From an uncultured Gemmatimonadaceae bacterium (GTDB lineage: Bacteria; Gemmatimonadota; Gemmatimonadetes; Gemmatimonadales; Gemmatimonadaceae): a stretch of 64,000 nucleotides of DNA. Both the position numbers and the translations under genes were made by a program. The stretch is from assembly GCA_963817955.1 (NCBI GenBank), contig CAWFQK010000003.1, forward strand, positions 96,001 through 160,000, given 5' to 3'. The notes below the pieces were generated by a model. It searched no databases. It was not told the origin of the DNA and saw nothing but the letters and a program-made list of their open reading frames with translations. The number at the start of each line of letters is the position of its first letter. Position 1 is the stretch's first letter. This document shows positions 51,129-63,158 of the stretch, piece by piece.

Positions 51129-51986
51129 ATGACGGCACCCAGAATGGCGAGTGTGCGTCCGATGAGTGTCGGCTTCAACGGAGTGCAAGCGCGACTGCAA
51201 CGCGAACGCGAAACCGGTTGGCTTCGAGGACGTACTGAGCCATCTGGAGCAAAGCTGAAGATCGCGAACGCGTTCGCCGCGCCGTCGCCAAGCCGACGCG
51301 CGGAGAGTACGACGTCGAGTTTCGCGTCGTGCGGCCGAGCGGAGACGAGCGACGGGTGGGCCCGCAGCATCCCCGGGCTCGACTCGAACGGCGAGATATA
51401 CCGCATCGCGACGATCACCGAGGACATCACGGAGAGGAACCAGATCGCCGCGAGCCACGAGCGCCTCATTCGCGGGGTTTCGCACGACGTGAAGAACCCT
51501 CTTGGCGCCGCCGCCGGGTTCCTCTCGCTCTTGGAGAGCGGCGTGTTCGGCGGAATGACGGCGCCGCAGCTGGCGAGCGTGAAGCACGCACGGCGATCGA
51601 TTCATCACGCACGGGATCTCGTGTCGCAGCTCCTCGAGATCGAGCGCGCGGACGCGGGACAGTTGAAGATCGAGCGAGAACCCGTGGACCTCGGCGCTTC
51701 GGCGCGCGAGATCGTCGCGGAGTTCAGCGCCGCCGCCGCCGAGAAGCGGCTGAGCCTCGCGCCACTGTGTCCCGGCGAGGGCGACTCGCTCGTCCTCGAG
51801 TCGTATCGCGCGCGCGTCCGTCGGGTTTTGGCGAACCTCGTTTCCAACGCGGTCAAATACACGCAGCCCGACGGAAGCGTCACGGTCGTGCCGCGCCTCG
51901 CCGATGAGGACGAGCGTCCGTGGCACGGACGCTGGGCGGCCGTTTCTGTGGTGGACGACGGACCGGGAATTGAAGCGTTCGCTTGA
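51129..51986 (+). pseudogene. PAS histidine kinase fragment
   Basis: SHDVKNPL, NLVSNAVKYT, DDGPGI then stop before the F/G2 boxes; PAS part (EYDVEFRVVRPSG) out of frame. Confidence 0.8.
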
Positions 51987-52248
51987 TCCGCGGCGGACAG
52001 CGGCTCCTTACCTGGTGTCCGGGGTATCCGTTAGTAGAGGTAGACAACGATTCGGGGCCGTGCTCGCCGCGCGCGATGTGGGCCCATTCTTGCCGTACTC
52101 ATTAGTAAGGATACCTCTCAATCACGTCGGCTACGGCCTATATGCCGCCGACTAGGCTTTCGAGCCACTTGTCCCCCTCAATTGACGCTCTTTTAATGCG
52201 AACGGGCTCGAGAGCGCCGAGATCTGGATATGGTGGAACCGGGGACAC

Positions 52249-55173
52249 ATGCAAATTCACCCAAGTATCGGCGACGCGGACGAGCTCACGGTAGACGTTC
52301 GACACTCTGAGGCCCTGCTGAACATCGGGGCGCTTCAGAACGCGATCTTCAACAGCGCGAATTTCTCGAGCATCGCCACCGACGCCGCTGGCGTCATCCA
52401 GATCTTCAACGTGGGCGCCGAGCGGATGCTCGGCTACACGGCCGCGGAAGTGATGAACAAGATCACGCCCGCGGACATCTCCGATCCGCAAGAGCTGATC
52501 GTGCGTGCCAAGGCGCTCAGCGCCGAGCTGGGCACCACGATCCTGCCCGGGTTTGAGGCGCTCGTGTTCAAGGCGTCGCGCGGTATCGAGGATATCTACG
52601 AGCTCACGTACATCCGGAAAGATCGGAGCCGTTTTCCGGCCGTCGTCTCCGTCACGGCGCTTCGCGACGCGCAGGATGCGATCATCGGCTATTTGCTGAT
52701 CGGCACCGACAATACGGCGCGCAAGCAAGCGGAAGAAGCGTTGCTCAAGGCGGCCGCGTTGCAAAACGCGATCTTCAACAGCGCGAACTTCTCGAGCATT
52801 GCCACCGACGCCAACGGCGTCATCCAGATCTTCAACGTGGGCGCCGAGCGGATGCTCGGCTACACGGCCGCGGAAGTGATGAACAAGATCACGCCCGCGG
52901 ATATCTCCGATCCGCAAGAGCTGATCGTGCGTGCCAAGGCGCTCAGCGCCGAGCTGGGCACGGCGATCCTGCCCGGCTTCGAGGCGCTCGTGTTCAAGGC
53001 GTCGCGCGGCATCGAAGACATTTACGAGCTCACGTATTTCAGAAAGGACGGCAGCCGTTTTCCGGCCGTCGTCTCGGTCACGGCGCTTCGTGACGCACAG
53101 GATGCGATCATCGGCTACTTGCTGATCGGCACCGACAACACGGCGCGCAAGCAAGTGGAAGAGGAACGTCAGAAGCTCGATCAGCGGCTGCGCGATCAAC
53201 ATTTCTACACGCGCTCGCTCATCGAGTCCAATATCGACGCGCTCATGACGACCGATCCGCGCGGCATTCTCACCGACGTCAACAAGCAGATGGAAGCGTT
53301 GACGGGGTGCACGCGCGACGAATTGATCGGCGCGCCGTTCAAGAACTACTTCACCGAGCCGGCGCGAGCGGAAGCGGCGATCAACGCGGTGCTGAGCGCA
53401 GGCAAGGCCACCAATTACGAGCTCACGGCGCGAGCCAGAGACGGCACGCTCACCGTGGTGTCGTACAACGCGACGACGTTCCACGATCGCGACAGGAACT
53501 TGCAAGGCGTGCTCGCCGCCGCGCGCGACATGACGGAGCTCAAACGCTTCGAGCACGCGCTGCAGCAGAAGAACGCCGAGCTCGAGGACGCGAGCCGGTT
53601 GAAGTCGGAGTTCCTCGCCAACATGTCGCACGAGTTGCGCACGCCGCTCAACGCGATCATCGGCTTTTCCGAAGTGCTGCGCGACGGCTTGATGGGCGAG
53701 TTGACCGTGAAGCAGCGCGGGTCCATCGGCAACATCTTCGAGAGCGGCAAGCATCTGCTGTCGCTGATCAATGACATTCTCGACCTCTCCAAGGTCGAAG
53801 CGGGCAAGATGACGATCGACCTCGAGTCGGTCGAGATCCCGCCCCTCTTCAAGAACAGCTTTTCCATTATCAGGGAAAAGGCCGCGCAGCGCCACATCCG
53901 GTTGACCATGGACGTTCCCAAAGATCTCGGATCCATCCCGGCGGATGCGCGCAAGGTCAAGCAGATCGTGTACAACCTGCTGTCGAACGCCGTGAAGTTC
54001 AGTGTCGACTCGGGCGAGGTGATTCTGAGTGCGGGCAGGGTGCCGCGCGCCGACGTCGGCCAACTGGCCGACGAGCAGCACGGGCGCAGCTTCCCGTTGG
54101 CGGAAAACGAGTTCGAGGAGTTCTTCAAGATCAGCGTCAGCGATGACGGCATCGGCATCTCGGCGGATGGGTTGCAGCGGCTGTTCACGCCCTTCACGCA
54201 GGTCGACGGCGGATTGGGGCGCAAGTTCGAGGGCACGGGACTCGGGCTCGCGATGGTCAAGTTGCTCGCCGAGTTGCATGGCGGTTCCGTGGCGGTGGAG
54301 AGCACCGTGGGCGAGGGCTCGACCTTCACGGTCTGGCTGCCGATTCGCGCCGCTGAGAAGCCCGCGGTCGCGTCGCCCAAGGCTGCCGTCATCTCGCGGG
54401 CCGAGGCATTGGACGGCGCAGGCACCGCGCTCGTCATCGAGGACGATCCGCGATCCGCTGAGTTGATCCGCGTTCAACTGGAAGCAGAGGGATTCACCGT
54501 GCTCGTCGCCACGTCCGGAGAAGCGGGACTCGAGCTGGCGCGGCAAAACGAACTGTCGCTGATCACGCTCGACGTCCTCCTCCCGGGGATGGACGGGTGG
54601 GGTTTCCTTGGGCGCCTGAAGCGGATTCCCACGCTCAAACGCATCCCCGTCGTGATCATCTCGATCGTGGCGGAGCGCGATAGAGGGTTCGCGCTTGGCG
54701 CGGCGGCGGTGATGCAAAAACCAATATCGCGCCGCGAGCTGAGTGACGCCCTCATCGAGCTTGGACTCTTGCCGCTCAGGCCGGGCGAAGCGCTTCGCGT
54801 GCTCGTCGTGGACGACGACCCCAAGGCGGTGGACTTGATGACCACGCGGCTGGCCGGCTTGGCTACCGAGGTCCTCTGCGCGCACGGCGGGGCCGAGGCG
54901 ATCACGGTGGCTCGGCGAGAGATGCCGGACTTAATCGTGCTCGACCTCCTGATGCCCGACGTCAACGGGTTCGACGTGGTGGACGCGCTGAACGAAGACG
55001 CGGAAACTGCTCGCATTCCGATCATGGTCGTGACCTCGAAGAACATCACGGACGCCGACCGCGACCGGCTGGACGGCCACGTGTCATCGATCATGGAAAA
55101 AACCCCGTTCAGTCCCGACCGATTCCTGGCGCAAGTGCGCCGGGCAATGTCTGTTCGGCATACGGTGGCGTAA
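52249..55173 (+). CDS. Hybrid histidine kinase (3 PAS, HisKA, HATPase, 2 receivers)
   Basis: SHELRTPLN, NLLSNAVKF, DDGIGI, GTGLGL; two REC domains. Confidence 0.96.
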   Translation: MQIHPSIGDADELTVDVRHSEALLNIGALQNAIFNSANFSSIATDAAGVIQIFNVGAERMLGYTAAEVMNKITPADISDPQELIVRAKALSAELGTTILPGFEALVFKASRGIEDIYELTYIRKDRSRFPAVVSVTALRDAQDAIIGYLLIGTDNTARKQAEEALLKAAALQNAIFNSANFSSIATDANGVIQIFNVGAERMLGYTAAEVMNKITPADISDPQELIVRAKALSAELGTAILPGFEALVFKASRGIEDIYELTYFRKDGSRFPAVVSVTALRDAQDAIIGYLLIGTDNTARKQVEEERQKLDQRLRDQHFYTRSLIESNIDALMTTDPRGILTDVNKQMEALTGCTRDELIGAPFKNYFTEPARAEAAINAVLSAGKATNYELTARARDGTLTVVSYNATTFHDRDRNLQGVLAAARDMTELKRFEHALQQKNAELEDASRLKSEFLANMSHELRTPLNAIIGFSEVLRDGLMGELTVKQRGSIGNIFESGKHLLSLINDILDLSKVEAGKMTIDLESVEIPPLFKNSFSIIREKAAQRHIRLTMDVPKDLGSIPADARKVKQIVYNLLSNAVKFSVDSGEVILSAGRVPRADVGQLADEQHGRSFPLAENEFEEFFKISVSDDGIGISADGLQRLFTPFTQVDGGLGRKFEGTGLGLAMVKLLAELHGGSVAVESTVGEGSTFTVWLPIRAAEKPAVASPKAAVISRAEALDGAGTALVIEDDPRSAELIRVQLEAEGFTVLVATSGEAGLELARQNELSLITLDVLLPGMDGWGFLGRLKRIPTLKRIPVVIISIVAERDRGFALGAAAVMQKPISRRELSDALIELGLLPLRPGEALRVLVVDDDPKAVDLMTTRLAGLATEVLCAHGGAEAITVARREMPDLIVLDLLMPDVNGFDVVDALNEDAETARIPIMVVTSKNITDADRDRLDGHVSSIMEKTPFSPDRFLAQVRRAMSVRHTVA
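52330..53155. repeat. Tandem 426-bp intragenic duplication of a PAS domain
   Basis: aacgcgatcttcaacagcgcgaa at 52339 and 52765; 142-aa units almost identical. Confidence 0.93.
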
Positions 55174-55174
55174 C

Positions 55175-55543
55175 ATGACACGAGTGCTTGTCATCGAAGA
55201 CAACGCCGCGAACATGACGCTGGCGACATTCCTGCTGGAGTCGTCGGGATACGCCGTGCTCAGCGCGTCGGACGCCGAGACCGGGCTCACACTGGCTCGC
55301 GAACAGCAACCCGACTTGATCCTGATGGACATCCAGCTGCCTGGTATGGACGGGCTCCAGGCGACGACGCTTCTCAAGGCGGACAAAGCGACGCGCGCGA
55401 TTCCAGTCGTCGCGCTCACGGCGCTCGCGATGAAGGGCGACGAGGAGCGCATTCGCGCCGCGGGCTGCGACGCCTACATCGCCAAGCCGATGCGTTACAA
55501 GGAATTTCTCGCGGTCGTCGAGGCGCAGCTGGCGCCGGCATGA
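55175..55543 (+). CDS. Single-domain response regulator (DivK-like)
   Basis: VIEDN, LILMDIQLPGMDG, ALTA.AM.GD, YIAKP. Confidence 0.95.
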   Translation: MTRVLVIEDNAANMTLATFLLESSGYAVLSASDAETGLTLAREQQPDLILMDIQLPGMDGLQATTLLKADKATRAIPVVALTALAMKGDEERIRAAGCDAYIAKPMRYKEFLAVVEAQLAPA

Positions 55544-55638
55544 CCGACGTCGGGATTCCCGTGCCTGGAATGGACGGCAACGCGGTGACGGCCGCGATCA
55601 ATGGCCGCACTCGGACCGCCGCACGAGACGCCTCTCAC

Positions 55639-56925
55639 ATGAGCCGAAACAAGAAGATCGTGATCGCGGCCGCGGCGCTGATGGCCGTCGTTGCCGCGTT
55701 CTGGTTCGTTCGCCGCGCTCGCGCGGGGGACGAAACGAGCTATCGGCTCGCCCCCGTGACACTCGGAAGCGTGCAGCAGACCGTATCGTCGACCGGCGCG
55801 TTGAGCGCAGTGAAGACCGTGCAAGTCGGGACGCAGGTCTCCGGGCAAGTCGCGCAAATTCTCACCGACTTCAATAGCCGGGTGGCGAAAGGCCAACTGC
55901 TCGCCCGCATCGATCCGGTGCTCCAGGAGCAGGCGGTACGAGACGCCCAAGCGCAGCTCGAGAAGGCGCAGGCGCAGGTGCTTCAAGCGCAGCAAGAATA
56001 CAATCGCAACCAACCGCTGTTCAAGCAGCAGTTCATCAGCGCGACTGAATTCGGGACGATGCAGGTCAACCTGTCCGTCGCGCAGGCTGGCGTAAAGTCG
56101 GCGCAGGTCGCGCTCGACAAAGCCAAACAGAATCTCTCGTACACGAACATCTACGCGCCGATCAACGGCGTGATCGTCGAGCGCGACGTCGACGTCGGCC
56201 AAACCGTCGCGGCCAGCCTGTCGGCGCCTCAGCTCTTTCTCATCGCGCAGGATCTCGCACAGATGCAGATCCTCGCCGCAGTCGACGAGAGCGACATCAG
56301 CGCCATCAAAGACGGGCAAGCGGCGCAATTCACGGTCCAGTCGTTTCCCGGAAGCACGTTCGACGGCGTCGTGCAGCAGGTGCGCTTGCAATCGAAGCTC
56401 ACCGACAACGTGGTCAGCTACACGGTCGTCGTCACGCTCGACAACGCCGACGCGAAGCTGCTTCCCGGCATGACGGCGACGGTCCAGTTCATCACCGGTT
56501 CGGCGACGAACGTGCTGACCGTTCCCAACGCCGCGTTGCGCTTCACGCCGACGTCGGACGAGCGCGCGGCATCGGGTCTGCCGCTCTCCGCCGCGACGAC
56601 CGATTCCACGCGCGGCCCGCGCGGCGCGGGCGGAACGTCATCTGCGCCCATTGCGGGAACAGCCGCCACGCGGCCACGAAGGGCGAACGGATCACCCGGA
56701 GGCGCGGGCAGTCTTTGGACGCTCGATGCCGACAAGAAGCTCAAACGCATTCCGGTGCGCGTCGGGCTGAGCGACGGCCAGCGCTCGCAGGTGAGTGGAA
56801 CCGGGCTCGCCGCGGGAACGCAAGTGATCATCGGCACGAGTTCGGCGAGTTCGACGGCTCCGACGGCTCCGACGGCCAATCCGCTCACGCCGCAAGGCGG
56901 CGGCGGACGCCGGGGCGGCGGTTGA
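55639..56925 (+). CDS. MacA-like efflux periplasmic adaptor
   Basis: VQVGTQVSG, IYAPINGVI, GQTVAASL, LLPGMTA. Confidence 0.93.
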   Translation: MSRNKKIVIAAAALMAVVAAFWFVRRARAGDETSYRLAPVTLGSVQQTVSSTGALSAVKTVQVGTQVSGQVAQILTDFNSRVAKGQLLARIDPVLQEQAVRDAQAQLEKAQAQVLQAQQEYNRNQPLFKQQFISATEFGTMQVNLSVAQAGVKSAQVALDKAKQNLSYTNIYAPINGVIVERDVDVGQTVAASLSAPQLFLIAQDLAQMQILAAVDESDISAIKDGQAAQFTVQSFPGSTFDGVVQQVRLQSKLTDNVVSYTVVVTLDNADAKLLPGMTATVQFITGSATNVLTVPNAALRFTPTSDERAASGLPLSAATTDSTRGPRGAGGTSSAPIAGTAATRPRRANGSPGGAGSLWTLDADKKLKRIPVRVGLSDGQRSQVSGTGLAAGTQVIIGTSSASSTAPTAPTANPLTPQGGGGRRGGG

Positions 56926-57715
56926 TGACGACGCGTGTGGTGGCGAGCGAATCGCGCCCCGTGATCGACGTCGCCAAGGTGACGAAGATCTATCGAATGG
57001 GCGACAACAAGGTGTTCGCGCTGCGCGGCATCGATCTCACCGTGTTTCCCAATGAGTTGTTGGCCGTGATGGGTTCGTCGGGCTCCGGCAAGTCGACGCT
57101 GATGAACATCCTTGGCTGCCTCGACGTGCCGACGACGGGACAATACGCGCTGGACGGCGTTCGCGTCGACGACTTGTCGAGGAACCAACTAGCCGACCTG
57201 AGAAATCAAAAGCTCGGATTCGTGTTTCAGGGCTTCAACCTGCTCGCGCGTACGTCGGCGATCGAAAACGTCGAGCTGCCGCTGCTGTACGATCGCACGG
57301 GCCGGTTCAAGGATCCGCGGGCCGCTGCCGCCGAGGCGCTCGAGCGCGTTGGGCTTGGCGAACGATTGGACCACCAGCCGAGCGAATTGAGCGGCGGCCA
57401 GCAGCAGCGCGTTGCGATCGCGCGAGCATTGGTGACCCACCCCACGCTGCTGCTCGCCGACGAACCGACGGGGAATCTCGACAGTCGCACGACCGTCAGC
57501 GTGATGGCGTTGCTCCAGGAGCTGAACGATCAAGGCGTCACGATCGTGATCGTGACCCACGAGCCGGATGTGGCGCGGTATGCCAAACGCATTGTCGAGC
57601 TGCGCGACGGCCAGATCCTTCGCGATCATCCCGTGGACGATCGCCGAAACGCCGCGACGGATCTCGCGGGACTCGGTGACGAGGTCATCGCGATGCCCGG
57701 CGAGGCGACGGCCGC

Positions 57716-57719
<4 letters not shown>
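56925..57719 (+). CDS. MacB/LolD-type ABC ATPase
   Basis: [36 protein letters not shown]. Confidence 0.96.
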
Positions 57720-58929
<1,210 letters not shown>

Positions 58930-58933
<4 letters not shown>

Positions 58934-60285
58934 GACACGTCCGCCTGAGACTCGCGCTCTTTCCGCTCGCGCTCGCCGCGAGCGCACCGGCGATTCGCGC
59001 GCAAGACACCGCGACGACGCGGCGCGCCAACGGCGGACCCATCACGCTCGCCGAAGCAATTCGCATCGCGCTCGCGCAGAGCAGCTCGGTGCGGCTCGCG
59101 CGTAGCTCGACCCTGCTCGATTCCCTCACGGTCCGCCAATTGCGCAACGCGTTCCTCCCGACGCTGTCGGTGAGCTCGCAGTCGTCACAGGCATTTGGAG
59201 ACGGGTCGAATTCGCGGAACACGTTCTCCACGAGCGGCGGTGTGTCGAGTGGAATCACGCTGTACAACGGGCGGCAGAACACCAATTCGCTCCGCGAATC
59301 GGAGCTATTCCTGCGCGCCGGCGGGCAGGACCTCAGCCGCGCCCGGCAAACCGTGGTCTTCACCGTGGCATCGGACTTTCTGAATCTCATCACGCAGCAG
59401 GAGCAGGTGCGGGTGCAGGCGGAGAACCTCGTGGCACAGCAGGAGGAGCTCACCCAACTCGAGGCGTTTACCAAAGCGGGGACGCGCCCGATCGGGGATT
59501 TCTATCAGCAGCAGGCAGCGGTGGCGGCGACGCGGCTCGCGGCGGCGAACGCGCGCCACGCGACGGAGCTCGCCAAGGTCGACCTCATCCAGGATCTCCT
59601 GCTCGACCCGCGCGCGAATTATACGTTCGCCGCACCGTCGCCACGTGACACCACGAGGTCAGGGCCGGCGTTCGATCTCGACAGCCTGATCACCGTCGCT
59701 GTCGCTCAGCGCGCCGACGTGCAGGCGCAGCGGTTCCGCGTCGACGCGGCAAAGCGCGAGATTCTGGTCGCGGAGGGCGGGCGCTTGCCCGTCATCTCAG
59801 CGAGCGGCGGCTACAGCAGCGGATTCAACAGCGCCACCGACGGCAGCTTCGCCAGTCAGCTCGACCAGCGGCGAGGCGGCTCGCTCGGCGTTGGCATCTC
59901 GGTGCCGGTCTTCGACCGCGGCGCGGTGTCGATCGCGCGTCAGCGCGCGCAGATCCAGCTCGAGAACGAGACGCTCCTCCTGCGCGACGTCGAGCAAACG
60001 GTCGCGCTCGAGGTGCGCCGCGCGTTGCTCGACTATCAAGTCGCCCAGGAGCAGCTCGTCGAATCGACGGCGCAACAGCGCGCGGCAGCGCTCGCGTTGG
60101 AGGCGGCCCAGGCACGCTACCGCGACGGCGTCTCCACGTTCGTGGAAGTCGCGATCGCGCGTGCGACCCTCATTCAGGCGCAAAGCTCGGTGGTGAACGC
60201 GCGTTCGAGCCTGGCGTTCCAGCAAGCGCTGATGTCGTACTACACCGGCGTGCTCGGCCCCGGTAATGCGCGGCTCGAGCGGTGA
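58930..60285 (+). CDS. TolC-family outer membrane efflux protein
   Basis: Signal peptide, ITLAEAI..AL, two OEP repeats, ARYRDG; operon context. Confidence 0.92.
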
Positions 60286-60388
60286 TCACATCCCGGACGC
60301 GAGCGCCGCGCCGGGCAACGTTCGCGGCCGTGCCAATTCCGGCACGGCCGCAAGTAGGAAGCAACCAAGACACAGTGAGGCACGACGG

Positions 60389-61111
60389 ATGAAGCACATC
60401 AAAGTGTTGGGCGCGGCGATCGCGCTCCTGACCATTGGCGGAAGCAGCGTCGCGTTCGCGCAGGGCCGCGGACGCGGGCGAGGTGAAGTTCAGAATCAAC
60501 AGCAACCGGTCGTTCCCCCCGCCGAGCAGCAGCGGCGCATCAAGGAGGAGCAGCAGCGCGCGGCGGTCTACCAGAAGCAGCTCGACCAGCAAGTGCGCGT
60601 GGTCCAGCAGAAGACCGCGGTGCTGGAGAAACAGCGGCGCCAGGCCGCGCTCAAAGCTCAGCAAGACTACGCGCGGCAGCTGGCGGAGCAGCAGCAGCAC
60701 CTACAGACTCGGCGCGACTACGAGAACGATCCCTACATCAGGACACCGGTCCAGTATCGCTACGTCGTGGCGGGCAGCTCGCGCCAAACCAACGACTACG
60801 GCGCACAGGTGCTGCGCGATGCGGTGAACCGTGGCTACCAGCAGGGCTACGTCGCGGGCGAGGCCGACCGGCAGGACCGCTGGAGGTCGAATTATCAAAA
60901 CTCCCCGGCATATCAGGACGCGAACTATGGATACACCGGTCAGTACGTCGCCCAGGGCGATTACAACTACTACTTCCGCCAAGGGTTCAAGCGCGGGTAT
61001 CAGGACGGGTATGCGGCACGGCACCAGTATGGAACCAGTGCGGCCAACGGGAGCCCGTCCATTCTGAGCAACGTGCTCACGGCGATCCTGGGACTCGTGA
61101 AGATCCCGTAA
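60389..61111 (+). CDS. Secreted Gln-rich, Tyr/Gly-rich hypothetical protein
   Basis: Signal peptide AFA/Q, coiled-coil Q-rich stretch, GYQQGY..G..D repeats. Confidence 0.75.
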   Translation: MKHIKVLGAAIALLTIGGSSVAFAQGRGRGRGEVQNQQQPVVPPAEQQRRIKEEQQRAAVYQKQLDQQVRVVQQKTAVLEKQRRQAALKAQQDYARQLAEQQQHLQTRRDYENDPYIRTPVQYRYVVAGSSRQTNDYGAQVLRDAVNRGYQQGYVAGEADRQDRWRSNYQNSPAYQDANYGYTGQYVAQGDYNYYFRQGFKRGYQDGYAARHQYGTSAANGSPSILSNVLTAILGLVKIP

Positions 61112-61200
61112 CTCGCGCGTTCACGAGCATAGTGTAAATCGTGGCGACCGGCGACGGCCTGTATCGCTCGTCCTGACATCGGTGGCTCAGTCCTGTTGTG

Positions 61201-62076
61201 CTAACGCTCAGGCCGTACGCCCAGGACGCAGCGCAGGGCCGCCGCCTGCGCCGGGATATGATCTCGGCCCACTTCGGCAAAGACCCGTGCACCCGAGGCC
61301 TGCAGGGCAGCGGCGAGTTGATCGTACATGTATTCGTCACGGAACAGCGAGCTGGCGCGATTCACGTCGTTGAAGAACACGCTGCCCGTCTCGGCGGAAG
61401 TATGATTGGGATCAAACCATTGATCGGGTACGAGGATCGGATCCATGCGTGGGAACACCCGACCGAACGCCGCCCGCAGCGCGCTCGTGTCCGGGAGAAC
61501 GTCCGCCAGTTGGGGAGCGCGCTTGCGTGTGTCGGCCACGGCCTGGGCGAACGCCGTGTCGAGCGCGCGACCGGTCGGATGAAGCCGGGTTCGCACCTCG
61601 TTGACAATCCGTAGCGAGAAGAACAGCATCACCTGTTCGGGCGGGAACTGGCCCAACAGATGATCGACTTCCGCCGCCCGCGATGGTTCGAGCGAACGCG
61701 CCGGCACGCCGCTCTTCCGCGCCAGAAACCGCAGGAGCCCCGGCTCACCACCGCGACGGATCGCCACGTCGGCCGAATCGGCCGTGGACCCGATTGGCCC
61801 TTCGTAAAACGCGATCGTAGGCTGGAGCTTCTCCCACGCCGATGTCATCGTGGCCCACTGCTCATCGGTCGGGTCGTACGTGTGTCGCACGCCGACATAT
61901 GCAAGGCGCGCCCCTCCCGCGCTCTGCAGATCGAGACCAAACGGCCGCTTCCGATTGCGCGCCGCCTCCATTTGCGATACCACGAGTGTCTTACAGCGCG
62001 CGACGCTATCCGCCGACGATTGGGCTGCGCAGACCGAGGAGACACCGGCCAGGATGATGAGGAGGAGCTTGCGCAT
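61201..62076 (-). CDS. Secreted hypothetical protein
   Basis: MRKLLLIILAG signal peptide; 291-aa open frame; G.RH, EG, RD, G.DH residues suggest a TraB/EreA-like fold (weak). Confidence 0.7.
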   Translation of the reverse strand: MRKLLLIILAGVSSVCAAQSSADSVARCKTLVVSQMEAARNRKRPFGLDLQSAGGARLAYVGVRHTYDPTDEQWATMTSAWEKLQPTIAFYEGPIGSTADSADVAIRRGGEPGLLRFLARKSGVPARSLEPSRAAEVDHLLGQFPPEQVMLFFSLRIVNEVRTRLHPTGRALDTAFAQAVADTRKRAPQLADVLPDTSALRAAFGRVFPRMDPILVPDQWFDPNHTSAETGSVFFNDVNRASSLFRDEYMYDQLAAALQASGARVFAEVGRDHIPAQAAALRCVLGVRPER

Positions 62077-62363
62077 AACCGCCCTTGATAGTTGATCGCA
62101 GAGTTTGACACCGTCCCGTCCATTTTGGTTCAGGCCAGCCCAGTCGTTGATTGCGCAGAACAGGAACTCTCCGAGGCCGCACAATCGCGCGAGTTCGCGC
62201 ATTCCGCCGCCGCGGGTTGGCCAGGGCTGTAGGTTGCCCACCATGCGTCTTGTTCTTGACCGGTAAGGGGTGTTCCCCGACTCTCGCCGGCGACCTGCTT
62301 GATGGGAAGCGTCGTCGCCATTGGGGGTGACCGATGGCCCTTTCAGCCTGAGCCGCAATCCGA

Positions 62364-62392
62364 TTGCCACGAATAACGGTATGCGTCATAAT
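62364..62392 (+). promoter_or_regulatory. sigma70-type promoter of higBA
   Basis: TTGCCA, 17 bp, CATAAT. Confidence 0.6.
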
Positions 62393-62422
62393 TGCGGCAT
62401 GCCTCCGTCGTCCGCCTGACCC

Positions 62423-62707
62423 GTGATCCGCTCGTTTGCCGACCGCGGGACTGAAGACATCTACAATGGCATCGATTCCCGTGTCGCGCGGCGGACCTGC
62501 CCGACCTCGCTGTGGCCTGTCGTCCAACCGAAGTTTGACTACCTCGATGCCGCCGTGTCGCTGCGGATGCCGCCCGCCAATCAGTTAGAGGCGCTCAAGG
62601 GCAATCGAAAAGGCCAGCACAGTATTCGAATCAACCGACAGTTTCGGATGTGCTTCGTCTGGACACCGGATGGTCCGCAACATGTCACTATTGTCGACTA
62701 TCACTGA
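62423..62707 (+). CDS. higB: HigB toxin
   Basis: IRSFAD..TE, PP.N.LEALKG.RKGQHSIRIN.Q.R.CF.W, IVDYH. Confidence 0.92.
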   Translation: MIRSFADRGTEDIYNGIDSRVARRTCPTSLWPVVQPKFDYLDAAVSLRMPPANQLEALKGNRKGQHSIRINRQFRMCFVWTPDGPQHVTIVDYH

Positions 62708-62714
62708 GGGCGCC

Positions 62715-63026
62715 ATGGTTCGCATTCCCACCCACCGACCGCCGACACATCCCGGCGAGATGCTGCTCGAAGAGTTTCTGAAGCCCTTAGCGCTCACGCA
62801 GACCGAACTCGCCGAGCGACTCGGGGTCTCGTATCCCCGGGTTAATGAGCTGGTGCACGGCAAGCGGGATATGACGCCGGATACGGCTCTCCGGCTTGAG
62901 CGCCTGCTCGGCGTTGAGGCGCAGGCGTGGCTCAACCTCCAGCTCGCATGGGATCTGTATCACGCCACGCATTCCAAGGCTGCGCAGCAAATCCAGCAGA
63001 TCAAGCCCCTCAAGCGCGCCGGCTGA
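62715..63026 (+). CDS. higA: HigA antitoxin
   Basis: HPGEMLLEEFLKPL..TQ.ELA, NELV.GKR..TPDTALRL, WLNLQ..WDL. Confidence 0.95.
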   Translation: MVRIPTHRPPTHPGEMLLEEFLKPLALTQTELAERLGVSYPRVNELVHGKRDMTPDTALRLERLLGVEAQAWLNLQLAWDLYHATHSKAAQQIQQIKPLKRAG

Positions 63027-63052
63027 CCCACATGCATCACTTGGCCGCTGTA

Positions 63053-63134
63053 TTACAACGAACGCTAAAGCTGACGAGGCAACAAGAGAGCGGTTAACGT
63101 CTCCACTGTTGGTGGTGTCTATCGTTCGTTGCCA
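63053..63134 (+). other. Decayed attC-like site
   Basis: AACGAACGCTAAAGCTGACGAG is 19/22 identical to the left arm of the attC at 26675; expected right arm absent, but CAACGAACG pairs with CGTTCGTTG. Confidence 0.5.
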
Positions 63135-63158
63135 TTCCAGCCACCAACGAGGATCCTG

